DNA of 61,676 bases, counting the filler, from Choristocarpus tenellus KU-1152 (lineage: Eukaryota > Protista > Phaeophyceae), in the NCBI GenBank assembly GCA_964200185.2. It is 10 parts of 10 records of this genome, joined end to end, with 100 filler letters (N's around TTAATTAATTAA, not from the genome) between each part and the next. Parts side by side here need not be neighbours in the genome. Positions count along the whole stretch, not along the records: positions 49,550 to 55,115 come from CAXNAD020010402.1; positions 55,216 to 58,017 come from CAXNAD020024622.1; positions 58,118 to 61,676 come from CAXNAD020019274.1; 7 more parts are not named here. One strand, given 5' to 3'. This document shows, one piece after another, positions 49,871 through 61,419 of the stretch (within the stretch, counting starts at the first letter, position 1; every line of letters starts with the position of its first letter). The notes below the pieces were generated by a model. It had not been told where the DNA came from and ran no database searches. It was given only the letters and a program-made list of their open reading frames with translations. A program made the translations under genes and the position numbers.

Positions 49871-51550
49871 CTCTGTCTCTGATTTGGTGTTGCGATGAGC
49901 CTCCCACAGGCCTTCAGTGACAGTCCACACCCTAGCCCAGCGGCACTTCACCCCTTCAGACTGAGGTAAGAATAGAGCCGGTCTTGGTGAGGTGAGAACG
50001 GAGTGAATATCCAAGAGTAGTGGCTAACGATTAAGACTTCAAAGAATCAAACAGGTCAAACGATGTAGGATTGTTTTTGCACAAGAATCCATATCTGCCT
50101 AGACAAGGCCTTGCCTTGCGTAACATAAATCTGAAGACACCAACACGACTCTATTGTGATAGGTTAGCTTTGATCGCATGTTTCAAAATATTGGGAACTT
50201 GAGATTGGCAGGAAAGAGGGAGAGGGGGTAACTATGGTGATTTGAAGCTATGGCACCACATCAGCCACAGTGAGAAAAGGGTTACTGTCTCAAGACAGGA
50301 TTCATTTTAAAGAACTGAGCCAATTACAACTCTCTTGGAGAAAGAGCACCCAAGGGCTACCAATAGATGTGGCCCAGGTGTGCCTGCCAAAGCCTGTTGA
50401 ATAGTGAAGTACTGTTCTTTTCTGTGAGGCCTAGAGAGATGACCTATCATCCCTCATCACTTCATCCCCCAAACATATATTACCCACTATTGACTCGAGA
50501 CTACGCCCACGAAAGCAGTTGGACCTCCCTATCGGCGATGAGGAAATAACTGCACCTTGGGTACATCATTAGATATATTAGAAGGATCATCTGTAGTTTG
50601 TCCGGCAAGGATGAGTGTTCCAGCCTCGTCGAGGAAGGCTGCCCCAATAGGTTCCTTCTCTTCTTCCTTTCTGGTTTTCTCGTCTGGAGCTGCTTCTTCC
50701 GACAGTTTTACATCGCCATTCACCTGCAATCCGTGGAAATGTGGCAATGGAGAAATATTCCTTATCCTGGCATGCTTTCCACTTCTCAGCCTGTGCAGTA
50801 TTGATGGTCTATCCATCACAAGAGAATGTGCCTCCCTTTAAACTGCAGCTCTTACATATCAGACGGACTACGCTTCGGCAAGATCGATAGAGAAACCACT
50901 CCAGTGTCGCAAAAGGCCACGCGCCGTCAGTCAAAAACACCCCACCTCTTGATGCGAAGTCGATTGTGAAGCAGGACCAGGTGCGGCGCTCGCCCTAGCA
51001 GCTGCGGCAGCTGCAGCATCAGCCGACTTCTTGAGGGCAACGCTCTTGGGAGGAAACATTTGCACGACGTCGTTACGGTTGATGCCGTAGTCGAAGAGGG
51101 TTGTCTTCTTTCCCTCTTCATTCTACATGTAAACACACACACACATGCACACATGCCCACACAGGTGAAATGTTGGAGTAGGTATTGTGCTGTGAGGTTA
51201 GGCGAACTTGGGGCTCCTTTACGAAGATGCATAGATTTCGGGCGTGTTTGTACAACTCATTGTGCAACACCATCTCCATAAGGCTAATCTTTAACTCCAG
51301 AAGGACGTGGGGAGTTTCCATGTTTTCATTTCGTGGTGGTGAGACGTGACCTAGAAGTCTAGTGTACGCCTACCTCGGCTCGCATCAGCTTCCCCTTGAA
51401 AGCCAGACGTTGATCAGAGGGCGCTACTCCAAAGATGTTCTCAATCTCGTCCTGTAGTGCTGTCACTGGCATCAACCGATTGCTCAAGTTCACCTCAACA
51501 CGCCTCTTGTCCGGGACTTCATGTTGGGCAAACACGAAAATGGATGGCAT
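49871..51550 (-). CDS. Protein with an N-terminal ubiquitin-like domain (UHRF1-like UBL), first 4 exons, 3' partial
   Basis: Phase-0 exons 51550-51374, 51122-50946, 50723-50556, 49960-49871. GVAPSDQRLAFKGKLM...TLFDYGINRNDVVQMF. Confidence 0.75.
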
Positions 51551-51885
51551 CTTCGAATTGAAACACGTGATGGGTTTGAGTTGGAGATTGGGATTTTCAG
51601 CAACCCTTCAAGAAGGCAACGTCGAGGGAGTCTCCTGACTCAAAAACGAGTGCGCGTTGTCTGGGTCGAACGCAACCTGTAATCCGATGACTACCAACTA
51701 GGCGATTTTACTAACGGCGCCATATTGGAACAAGACGAAATTCAAAATATCAAAATCATTTTTCCTTTTTCTCTATGTACAAAACTACCATCTCCCTAAC
51801 ACAATGTTGTTGTCAGTACAGAATCCTATTCTTGACGGGGACGAATCCTTGGCAAGCTAGAGGCAGGAACTACTGTGTGGGGGCA

Positions 51886-54556
51886 ATGTCAGCCCGTGTG
51901 ATCAAGCGAGGCCGATGGCTTCAACTGCGGTTGTGCTTGTTAATACTTCACATTTTGGTACATTCTCCTTGTCTTGGGAATGCGAGGAGGTGTGTGACAC
52001 CATATCCAAAGTGCAAATCCTGTCTCACCTTCCTACGTAATGTAGTGCGTGCATCAAGGACCATTTGCTCTTCCTTCTCCCTCGCCCCTACAGAGCCTTT
52101 GGACGTCAACTTGACCTTATGGAGGAGGAGGAGGAGATCATGCCGCCAAATATGCTATGGTTGAATGACGAAAGGGAGGATACGCACATCGATGTGGATT
52201 CGCAGCCTCGCGAGTTTGACGATGTCAAGCCACGATCGGTGGATGACAAGGATAAGGGTCATACTTCCCTTTCCGTGACAGAAAAGAATCTTGTCTCTCA
52301 ACATGTCTCACCAGAATCTATACTAAAGGTGAAAACCGAAGATCACCTATTGACTCTGAAATCTATGCAGTAGTCGCTACCAGAGGAACATCACAGCAGG
52401 CATTGAAGTTGCACCCTAGTGCTCTCTCTGATGTGCCATGATGACGAGAATTATGTTATGATGTTGCCCTGGACGGCCAATCCTATTGCCTGTGCTGTTG
52501 CATCCCAGTCCTCCGCGGCTCGTGTCCAGCACACGGAACAAACGTCAGGTATGGTGACACTCCCCCTCCCCCCCCTTTTTTGCAGGAGCACTCCTCCTGG
52601 CACAACAGAGTGCAGCTAAAGCGCTTCAGAGGCGAGGCACTTGGGTAAGTTTTTTCAAGGCGCGTTGATGCCCTTCACCTAAAACGTTTGATCACACTCT
52701 GTGAAGTTCATGCTACGGCCTGCATACGGAGACGTCTCTACCGCACTGTGCCTCTTCCTGCACCAACAGTTCGCACTGATATGGATTAGGTTCGTAACCC
52801 CATGGCATGGGCGAGGCTATGACTTCGCTCGCCTCTTCCGTTCCAAGTTGGACTACGTCAGCCCCACATGGTACCAGATCAAAGGGAGAAGTGTTGGGGT
52901 CGGTGGGGGAGGTTTCTGGCTGGCGGGTGGACATGACTATGATGGCCCATGGGTAGAAGATGTTCGGAATGGAGTAATGAAATGTAATTTCAAGGAAGAC
53001 GAGTGCTGGGAGACCAAGGTGAGGGGTCCCGGACAAACAATTAACTATCTTGTAGCTTTCTTTGAGTCCTTGAAAAATGTGGCTCAGATAGGAGTTAAGG
53101 CTGCCAAGTCATGGTTCTCACTTGGCCCCATGTTGCAATTCATGAAACGTTAGTGGATCTTTGCCACCTTCCACTACCATTCACTGTTGCTGCCCCTCGT
53201 CGCATTTCAGGTCAGCATTATTTCGATCCGTGTTCTTGTGCGGAATATGACCCCTTACTAGTGATTGACAATTGCGACGGTTGGCTTAGACCAAACGTTT
53301 GGGTGTTGATTTTATTGCAATAGATACAGATTGTTGACTGCTCAGGAAGACACACCTTTGTCCTGGTATCTGTTATATAATATAATATATGCACTGGTGT
53401 TAAAGCTTTCCTTCTCCCCAAAGGAACTTGTACTAATATTATTACCGAGTAGAGTCTATGTCCCAAGTCTATGTCCCAAGTATCTATATAGATGGTGTCG
53501 TGTCATTTCATCCAGCTGTAAAAAAGAAAGTAAAGCCTGCTCTTCTTCATTTTTGTTCCTGAATTAACTCAGGATTCAATCCTGTACTGTACCCGATCAG
53601 CATCGTAGCCAACCTTTCTGACAAAAAGGTACTGTATCAACACTGTTGTTCATCAAAGTTGTCCTTATTTTCTTTACAGGTAACAATATACTAGTAGTAT
53701 ATAATATTACTAAGACAACTCGAGCGATCACTTTTGCTAACACAGCGCATGAGAAACGAGCTGCGCTCTGTCCACTTTTGCTTTTTTTTTAGTTTTGTAT
53801 GGGACAAAAGGCGTGTTTACACTGCTAGGTGGTTACGTTGTATGTTGCGTGTTGTATCATACTAATACAAAACAGTATCGCTATTAAATATCTGCTGCAG
53901 CGTGGAATATTTGTCAAGATCCGCTCCCCCCTATGCGCATATAGCACAAATAGCCTAAATTTCTTGAGGGCATCGAACACAGGGACCTAGAAAGGTTGAC
54001 GTCAGTGGTAGCCTTGATAGATAGACATAAGATTTGTACACGTTCGCCATGGAAGGCTTTTTCTTTGAAGATGTGGGCGGTATCTGTTGGGAATTGCCCG
54101 CGTTAGGTCTGGTTGTACTCAAGAAAAGAGTATGTCAAGAGAAGAGTATGAGATTCACATCAACTAACCGTGCCAATGCCTTTGTGGAACGAAAGGGGAG
54201 GTGCTAGAAGCAGTGCTCCATATTTATTGCAGTTACGGCTGTGTCAGGCCGGTCTGTTTTCTATTCTGTTTTTTGCTGTCGAAAGTGCCATGGCTTATGC
54301 TGTGTACTAGGCCTCCTTGCACTCCTGCTTCCCATTTGTGCATATCTTAGGCAACTGTGATGTATTGCAGGATAGGGGGGCGTACGTTTTCATCTGTTAT
54401 TCGATAGGGTCGACATATCTTTCAAAACTACTCCTCCCCTCAGATCGTTCCAAGGGTTGTACTGGAGCTGGACCATGCAGGCGGTGCTCCTCAACTCACT
54501 ATGGCAGATCTACAACGCATGGGCACCTTGCTCGCAGACGAGGCATTGGACAAGGG
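51886..54556 (+). CDS. CHID1: Chitinase domain-containing protein 1 (GH18-like), first 5 exons, 3' partial
   Basis: Exons 51886-51989, 52094-52328, 52586-52644, 52790-53018, 54444-54556. FRGEALGFVTPWHGRGYDFARLFRSKLDYVSPTWYQ, GGHDYDGPW, IVPRVVLE. Signal-peptide-like N-terminus. Confidence 0.88.
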
Positions 54557-54896
54557 GTGAGAAGAGCTACTATTCCTAACCCTGACCAGGTCGAACTTTT
54601 AGTAGTGATAGTAATAGTAATAGTAGTTGAACATGTTTTCAACGTGGAGGGGGAGGGGGATTTGGAAGAGAAGTTGACTATTACATTATTAAATATTTGT
54701 GGTGTGAACATTGAAAGCTCAATGTTAGGGTGAAGGGTTGAATGCACCTGTCTTATTGACTCGATGTGCTGTACAGCAAATATGGTACATTTTATGTAAC
54801 TGCCAAGTACATTTTATATAACTGCCAAGTACCAGTGTGATTTTATTCGCAGGGGTTACTTTTTCGTTTTCTAGTACCTCATTTGATTCAATATAC

Positions 54897-55021
54897 ATCA
54901 GATAGGGTATACCTTCCGTGGAGAGCAGTCTGTTCCTATGATGGGACCTATCAGATAGGGTATACCTTCCGTGGAGAGCAGTCTGTTCCTGTGATGGGAC
55001 CTATCAGATAGGGTATACCTT
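54897..55021 (+). repeat. Tandem repeat, 53-bp unit x ~2.4
   Basis: ATCAGATAGGGTATACCTT starts at 54897, 54950 and 55003. One substitution between the full units. Confidence 0.92.
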
Positions 55022-55215
55022 ATTGTTGTGCTGTTACGAATGGGGGTTGCTGTTGTAAGGGGCAGTGTGCATCAAATATGCTCTCGGTGTCTGTTGGGGT
55101 GAAGTCATCCAGGGGNNNNNNNNNNNNNNNNNNNNNNNNNNNNNNNNNNNNNNNNNNNNTTAATTAATTAANNNNNNNNNNNNNNNNNNNNNNNNNNNNN
55201 NNNNNNNNNNNNNNN

Positions 55216-55547
55216 ACCCCCCCCCCCTCCCAGATACTTTGGGTCTCTCCTTGTCTCACCGTCATGGTTCATGTTGTTGTGTAAGTCACGCGTGTGTGTG
55301 TGCTCACAGAAAGTCTGCAAAAGGCGTTAAAAGATATCCGGAAATCTTGAAACTTTTTCTGAAACATCACAGCAGCCAAACTTGGACGGGGACTTACCCA
55401 GGACCAGTTTTCTTCAAGGAGTTTAGCCAACCCCTTCATTTTTGTTGATTTTGAACTCGTGACCTTCAAAATTGCTCCGGAAATATTCCCCCGCGTTTTT
55501 TCCGTTTTTTGATTGAGCGGGACATAGCTCCCGTTCCCCGAAGTTTC
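55216..55547 (-). repeat. MITE A terminus (55216-55245) abutting dispersed repeat X (55246-55547)
   Basis: CCAGATACTTTGGGTC followed directly by the reverse complement of 11191-11487. Confidence 0.8.
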
Positions 55548-56524
55548 AACAAAATCAAGTTGTTGTTGAACTATCCCACACTGGACCCGCGGCTTTTATG
55601 GTGCTTTGATAAAGGACAAAGAACAGCTTGATATAGATGAACAATGTTGGTATTACAAGGGCCTTTGTGGTCTCGATTCCGCTGACTGAGCTCGTGGGTG
55701 AGACTCTAGCCTTAACTACCATCATTACTCTATAGTGTGGGGTTTGTAATCGTCCACACCAATTTACTATGAATTACTTATTTACTTATCTTAAGTATAG
55801 GAAGTGTATCTTGAACATGATATAACCAATCAACACTATGAGTCAGTACATAAAATATGTCACTGGCTCTCCATCCTATTATCTAATCCACCAGTGGTGT
55901 CTATAGTGTATCAGCAGCACTATCTACGAACATAAGTACCCTTCAAAACCTCTTGTCATACCCGTTCATTTGATTTATATATTGTGTATCTGTTGTGATG
56001 TTCCCGTGAAAAAGTTCAAGATTGCCATAGAGGGCGAAGCTACTGGTACCACCTTACTAGTTATCTCCGATGCAGTTGGGAGAGTCTCTTCGAACAGCTT
56101 CTGTCTCGCTTATCAAGTGACCCCTTCGGTTTGCCTGTGACATTCCTGCACATATATCATAGAAATGCGGGGTTCTGGGGAGGATGGTCGATTGTTCATT
56201 CTACCCATAAGACAGTCGTAAGGCTTGTACCAATGAGGATTTACCCTTTGATAATGAGGTGGTTATCTTGGTGACACCCTTCCAACCAGCCAGTCAGTCC
56301 GTAATGCAATCTTCTAACACCCTACAATCCTCATGGAACATGTGTATGGGGTCCGACACTGCGATAGGCTTGATCACTATTATCACTTCTGTGCCTTAGA
56401 GCGCAGAGATTTTCTGAAGGTGTAACATTTCCTTTCGAAGCCTTCACAGGAAGAGGAACTCTGAGGAATGCATACGGGAAGTTGCTTTTTGTAGAAATCG
56501 GCTGTGTAGGTTTCCAAAATTTAA

Positions 56525-58017
56525 TATCTTTGTTTTGCTCACGAATTCTGGAATATTATTATTATTTGCTCATTCCTAATTTGCTATTCCTCTATTCCCC
56601 ATTTGATGACCAACCAGTGCGAATGCCCTTCGTCACTGATTACCAGCCATCCCATTCTCTGACCAACCAGTGCGAATGCCCTTCGTCACTGATTGCTAGC
56701 CATCCTTTCAACCCAAACAAGTTCCCACTCCCCTCAACCCCACAGCAGTTCTCACACCACTCAACACCACTCCACAATCATCCAAGAAGACATCTACCCT
56801 GCCGTAACTTGAACTCCCCTCTCCTTCCGGGGTGGATTTCTTCTCTCTCATCTCGTTACCTCCTGACCTGGTTGTACCCAATCCTTCCTACTCTCTGCCA
56901 AGCCCTCTGACACTTACACTGGATCCTTCTGGTTTGTTCTAACGTACATCATAAACGCCCTCGACTTCCCCCTTCCTTCCCGCTGTATTACTAGTTCTGA
57001 TACCCTCATGTTCGCCACTCTCATGGCTCCCCCTATCCTCCCTGAATGCAAGGCATACTCCTCGGGTTTTAACTAACATTCCTTTTGACCCTGTAAATGT
57101 TACCTCTACTTTTTCTGCCTGGTGTCTCTCTTCCCAACTTCGTCTATTCATTCCCCTCCTCCATACCACGTCCCTCCTCCTTACTGCGAAGTCCCCATGA
57201 ACTCCTCCCCATTCATCCTAGGCTCGCAATTCTGAGTCTCTGACTAAACAGACGAACGAGAAACCCAAACCTAGCCTTGTCAGTTTACCTTCCATACCTA
57301 GCATTTCAGAGCTTTTCTTTGTCTCTACGATAATTCTCCCTGTTAGGGGTCTCATCTTACTGGGCTCGCTCCCTACTTTTGTATGACTCCTCCCTATCCC
57401 TTTGAGCACCGATTGGATCATGAAATGTTGTGTGGCAAGTTTGAAGTTGATGACATGTTTATCGTCGGATTGGGTTGCTGCTATCTTACCCTTAACTGTA
57501 CTTACTTAGTCCCCTCTACTTCGGCACTAGAAACACATAAATTCTGCTAGGGCCTTCACTACACATAAACTCTACTAGGGCCTTCGCTACATCTATCTCT
57601 AGACTCCCAGGGTCTAACCATCTACTCAATCCTCTTTATGTATGGAACTCAGACCATTGGTCCCAAGCTTCTTCATAACACTCCTGAGTAGATGGCGCAA
57701 CCGATCCTCTGGCGTACAATGCTGCGAGGTACTCGGACACACCATCTTCCCTTCCCAACCCAGGGGCTGTTCCTGCCAGTCAATACGTGGGCAAATAAGT
57801 CACAGGTTAGTTTGAATCTTGTCCCTCTTCCACCCCAATACAATCACTGCTAGGTCATTCTTTCTCCCTGCAACGTGTTCCGTTGTGAATGACCATTCCC
57901 CTGCTGTCTCCTGTATCCCCATTATTCTCATCAATCCCCCCCACCCTTCTATCCTTCGCCCCCACATCAATGCACTACATAGTAGTTGTCCCCTCTAAGC
58001 AAAACTGGATCTCCCTT
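56525..58017 (-). mobile_element. Decayed DIRS/Ngaro-type tyrosine-recombinase retrotransposon, 3' part (RNase H end, YR, terminal repeat)
   Basis: Minus-strand reading across stops and shifts: LMRIMGIQETAGEWSFTTEHVAG..NDLA (RNase H end); STQECYEEAWDQWSEF; STVKGKIAA; VLKGIGR..RPLT; CLVRDSEL; FTGSKG; EYALHSGRIGGA; REGRGKSRAFMMYVR. Confidence 0.85.
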
Positions 58018-58117
58018 NNNNNNNNNNNNNNNNNNNNNNNNNNNNNNNNNNNNNNNNNNNNTTAATTAATTAANNNNNNNNNNNNNNNNNNNNNNNNNNN
58101 NNNNNNNNNNNNNNNNN

Positions 58118-58144
58118 CTCCCCCACCCTCAGATACTCTGGGTA
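58118..58144. mobile_element. MITE A terminus at a contig start
   Basis: CCCCACCCTCAGATACTCTGGGTA. Confidence 0.65.
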
Positions 58145-58734
58145 AAATTGAATTTTTATGTCGTGTTGTGATGTGTACAATATGTTTGTTTGTTTCCAGG
58201 GTTCTGGAGGATAGTGTGCAGTGCTGCACTCACTTTTTGAGAGGTGGAATGGTAGGAAGCAAAGCAGGAGACTTTTGGAGAAGATGACCTATGTTTAGCC
58301 GTTAGCCACCCAAGAGAGAGTGCAGGACTTGCCTACCCTTTTGAGGTCATGACTCTAGAATGTCACAATGTGTGAGAAGGTGTACGGATTTGGCTTAGTT
58401 ATTGATGGGTGACTGGCAGTTGTGTGGAGGTTGTAGAACGCAACCCTTAAGCACACCAGATCTGAGCCACCCCGGTGCTACATGCCTGATCAAGGTGTAT
58501 GTGGGGTGATGTCTGCCTCTATGCTCTATGTGGCATGACTTTTCAGATCCCTCTGAATGTTTCAGAATGTTATACATACATGATCCACATCAAAGTGGTT
58601 TTCTGTGGTAGTGGATACATACATGTAATGTTAGAGGCAACTGAAAAAATGTCAGTCACTTGTCTCTCAGCTGCAAAGTACGTGGGATTGTGTTTGAGAC
58701 TTTACATTTTTATTGGCATTATATCACGTTGCTG

Positions 58735-58933
58735 GTCAAGGGTGTTTTTTTTCTGCTTATTCAGTTTTGTCAGGAGTGACCTAGTGCTTGTATCACCTTT
58801 CCTAGAGTCATAGCACTGCTGCTGTGAATGACAAGTCAAGGGTGTTTTTTTCTGCTTATTCAGTTTTGTCAGGAGTGACCTAGTACTTGTATCGCCTTTC
58901 CTAGAGTCATAGCACTGCTGCTGTGAATGACAA
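58735..58933 (+). repeat. Tandem duplication, ~100-bp unit x2
   Basis: GTCAAGGGTGTTTT...GTGAATGACAA starts at 58735 and 58835, near-identical. Confidence 0.93.
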
Positions 58934-60770
58934 GGATGCACATCATGGATATCTTGCCAGAGTTGGGTTGTTTTCTTCAACATGATTGACCTTGAAACGT
59001 AGTGGAAGGGCCTATCATAACGTTATGAACCGACAAGAATTGAGGTGAAATGTTGAAGTTTTGAGGCAATATGTTTCACTGATTGCCTCCTTCAGGTTGC
59101 CCTTGTAAATAGTATTATTTTTCGGTGTAATACCTGGAGTAATGGTGCAAAAAGCAACTCAGGAATTGTATCCAGGTCATTTCTTTGATCGGGTACGTAT
59201 ATACTTGCTAAATTGGCAACTATTGTTGCAGATTGTTGTACACAAACAAGGCAAAAGGAAGAAAATTGAAATTGAACTATAGCAAGAAGGTAAAGTCCAA
59301 CAGCTAGGTGTACCAACCAATTGGATACAGTTTGCAACAGTACCAATATTAAGGTCCATGCTGCCCCTTCATTCCTTCAGAAAACCAAACAAGTCGAACC
59401 ACAAAAAGAAAAAAAAAAGGAAAATAAATAGAGTACAACGTATCAACACAGTTAATAGTCACGGTCGTTCACAACACAGAAGAGTCCCTGTTCATGCCCC
59501 TTCATGTGGGCCATCGACTCTCCCTTTGACATTATATGCACCCAAGTTTGAGAATCTAAGCCCTTCGGGAAATTAACGCTTCCAAGAATAAACAAGTGTA
59601 GACACGGTCTAGATCAAGGTCATCATGAAGTAGATTCACAAGTAGCTGTTAAAATCAGCGTAAGAGCAATATCTCAGCAGAAGAACACATGCGTTTAAAA
59701 ATTTGAAGGGGAGATCAGTAATGATTTCTTGATTTCCACGCATTTGTGGAGGTTTTATATACACATTGCTCGTGCCTTTTCACGTCCATACTTAAGATTT
59801 CTCGTCATTTGTATGAAGGTACTATATACAAAAAAAGGAAGGCGTCGAGAAGGTGTAACAAAAAGTAAAAAATCTGAAGTGCTGCTGAGCAAAATCTTTG
59901 AGATTAAGAAGTCTTGGCGAATAACATTTCAAAATGACTGGAGCGCCCTTAGAAACCCCCCCCAAACTAGCAATTAGAGGTAAATGATTTCAATCAGGGC
60001 GGGCTTGTGTACCAACCTCTGTTGAATTCTGTTAGTGCTACGTACAAAAAGAGTATTTAGTATTCCCTATAATATAAGTACTTCAAAATATGTTATACCA
60101 GGACTGGTTAAGGGCAGCCGCATATTGTAACCGGATATGTCCCTGGGCCTGTCTGTAACCCCTTCGAGACGCGGCCCCTTCTGGTCAGGTCAAAATATGC
60201 CAGGTCAACCCTTCAAATTGTCCCAAATATAAACACATGTGAAAAAAACGTGTTATTCCATAAATCCCTTTGGCCGCACAAACACATCTCGCCAACATAA
60301 CAGAATTGTCCGCGACCTAGCCAGTTCGGCTTCATATAATCTACACCGTATGTCTCGTCTTGACCTGGCTGGTTTGGTTTCTAAAAGGTTCTTATCCAGG
60401 GCCCTTCAGATACTTTAATCAGACCGAGCCACAGGTCGGTCCTGGTAGAATATGACTTTACGGGATTGGTCTAGGGTCGTCAGATGTTTCACGACACTCC
60501 ACAGCCTAGCCCCATTTAGTGATGGTGGGTTTAGAAGCCCAAGTGTGGAGTGGGACCATGCAGTCCTCACATATATACCTCTCTCTCTGATCATCAATAT
60601 TTTTGCGAGATGGAGTGGATAATTTACCATCTAAAAAATATTGCTTTTTTGGGGTGGATTGGAGGGCTGTTTGCTCTTTTCCCTCAAAATGTTTGTAGAC
60701 ACGCAACAGCACTGACCCCAAGAAAATTTTCCTTCCAGCTAAAATATAGCAGACTACTTAACAAAGGTAA

Positions 60771-60948
60771 GACCCAAAGTATCTGGGGGGCGGGGGACGG
60801 TCTACACCAAGGTGCCCATTTGCCCCAAACCAGGAAAAGTGCACATGCATTACTCATTCGATGTATGCAACCAAATCACCCAAAAATCGCGACATGAAAA
60901 ATTGACCCCAACTTGACAGCCGCCACCCCCTCCCAGATACTTTGAACC
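60771..60948 (+). mobile_element. MITE subfamily A, complete (178 bp)
   Basis: GTAA|GACCCAAAGTATCTGGG...CCCAGATACTTTGAACC|ATAA. Confidence 0.9.
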
Positions 60949-61419
60949 ATAATCGATATTTTTTATTCCAGTTAGGAATGCATTCTCATATATATATATA
61001 TGTATATATATAATCATCTTCAGGCGCTTCCTCAATCCTTCGTGTGATCCGTGATGAGAGGTGATTGGATGGGTTTATCTGGGTCTGAATCACAGAATAT
61101 TTTATCGTGCCGTTTCCAAAACACAATCCGCAATGATGACGGCTTAGAAAAGGTGTTCTTTTAGCTATTGGGTGTCGGTCATTATGCCTGGGGGACTTCT
61201 TCACTGTCTTTCTTAGATGCAATCAGTCTTCCAATGTGTTGATTTCAATGTTGTATGTTCGACTTATGCACTGGCGAAGTATGGATCAACAATTTATTTG
61301 TACCCCATATAATTTATCATACTATTGTCTTTGTATTGATCTATCGTCAAACGATGTACTCACCACAGGTTTAGGAACTCCAAGACCACACTGAAGAAAA
61401 AAAAGATTGTCACACAATA

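Noticed and set aside
60156-60392. Possible further TIR element (AACCCCTTCGAGAC...GTTTCTAAAAGGTT)
   Set aside because: Ends match poorly, there is no TSD, and it is single-copy here.
414-61222. Most 60-130 aa ORFs in the track
   Set aside because: Antisense or intronic frames of real genes, or translations of MITEs (e.g. PNGQPPPP peptides).
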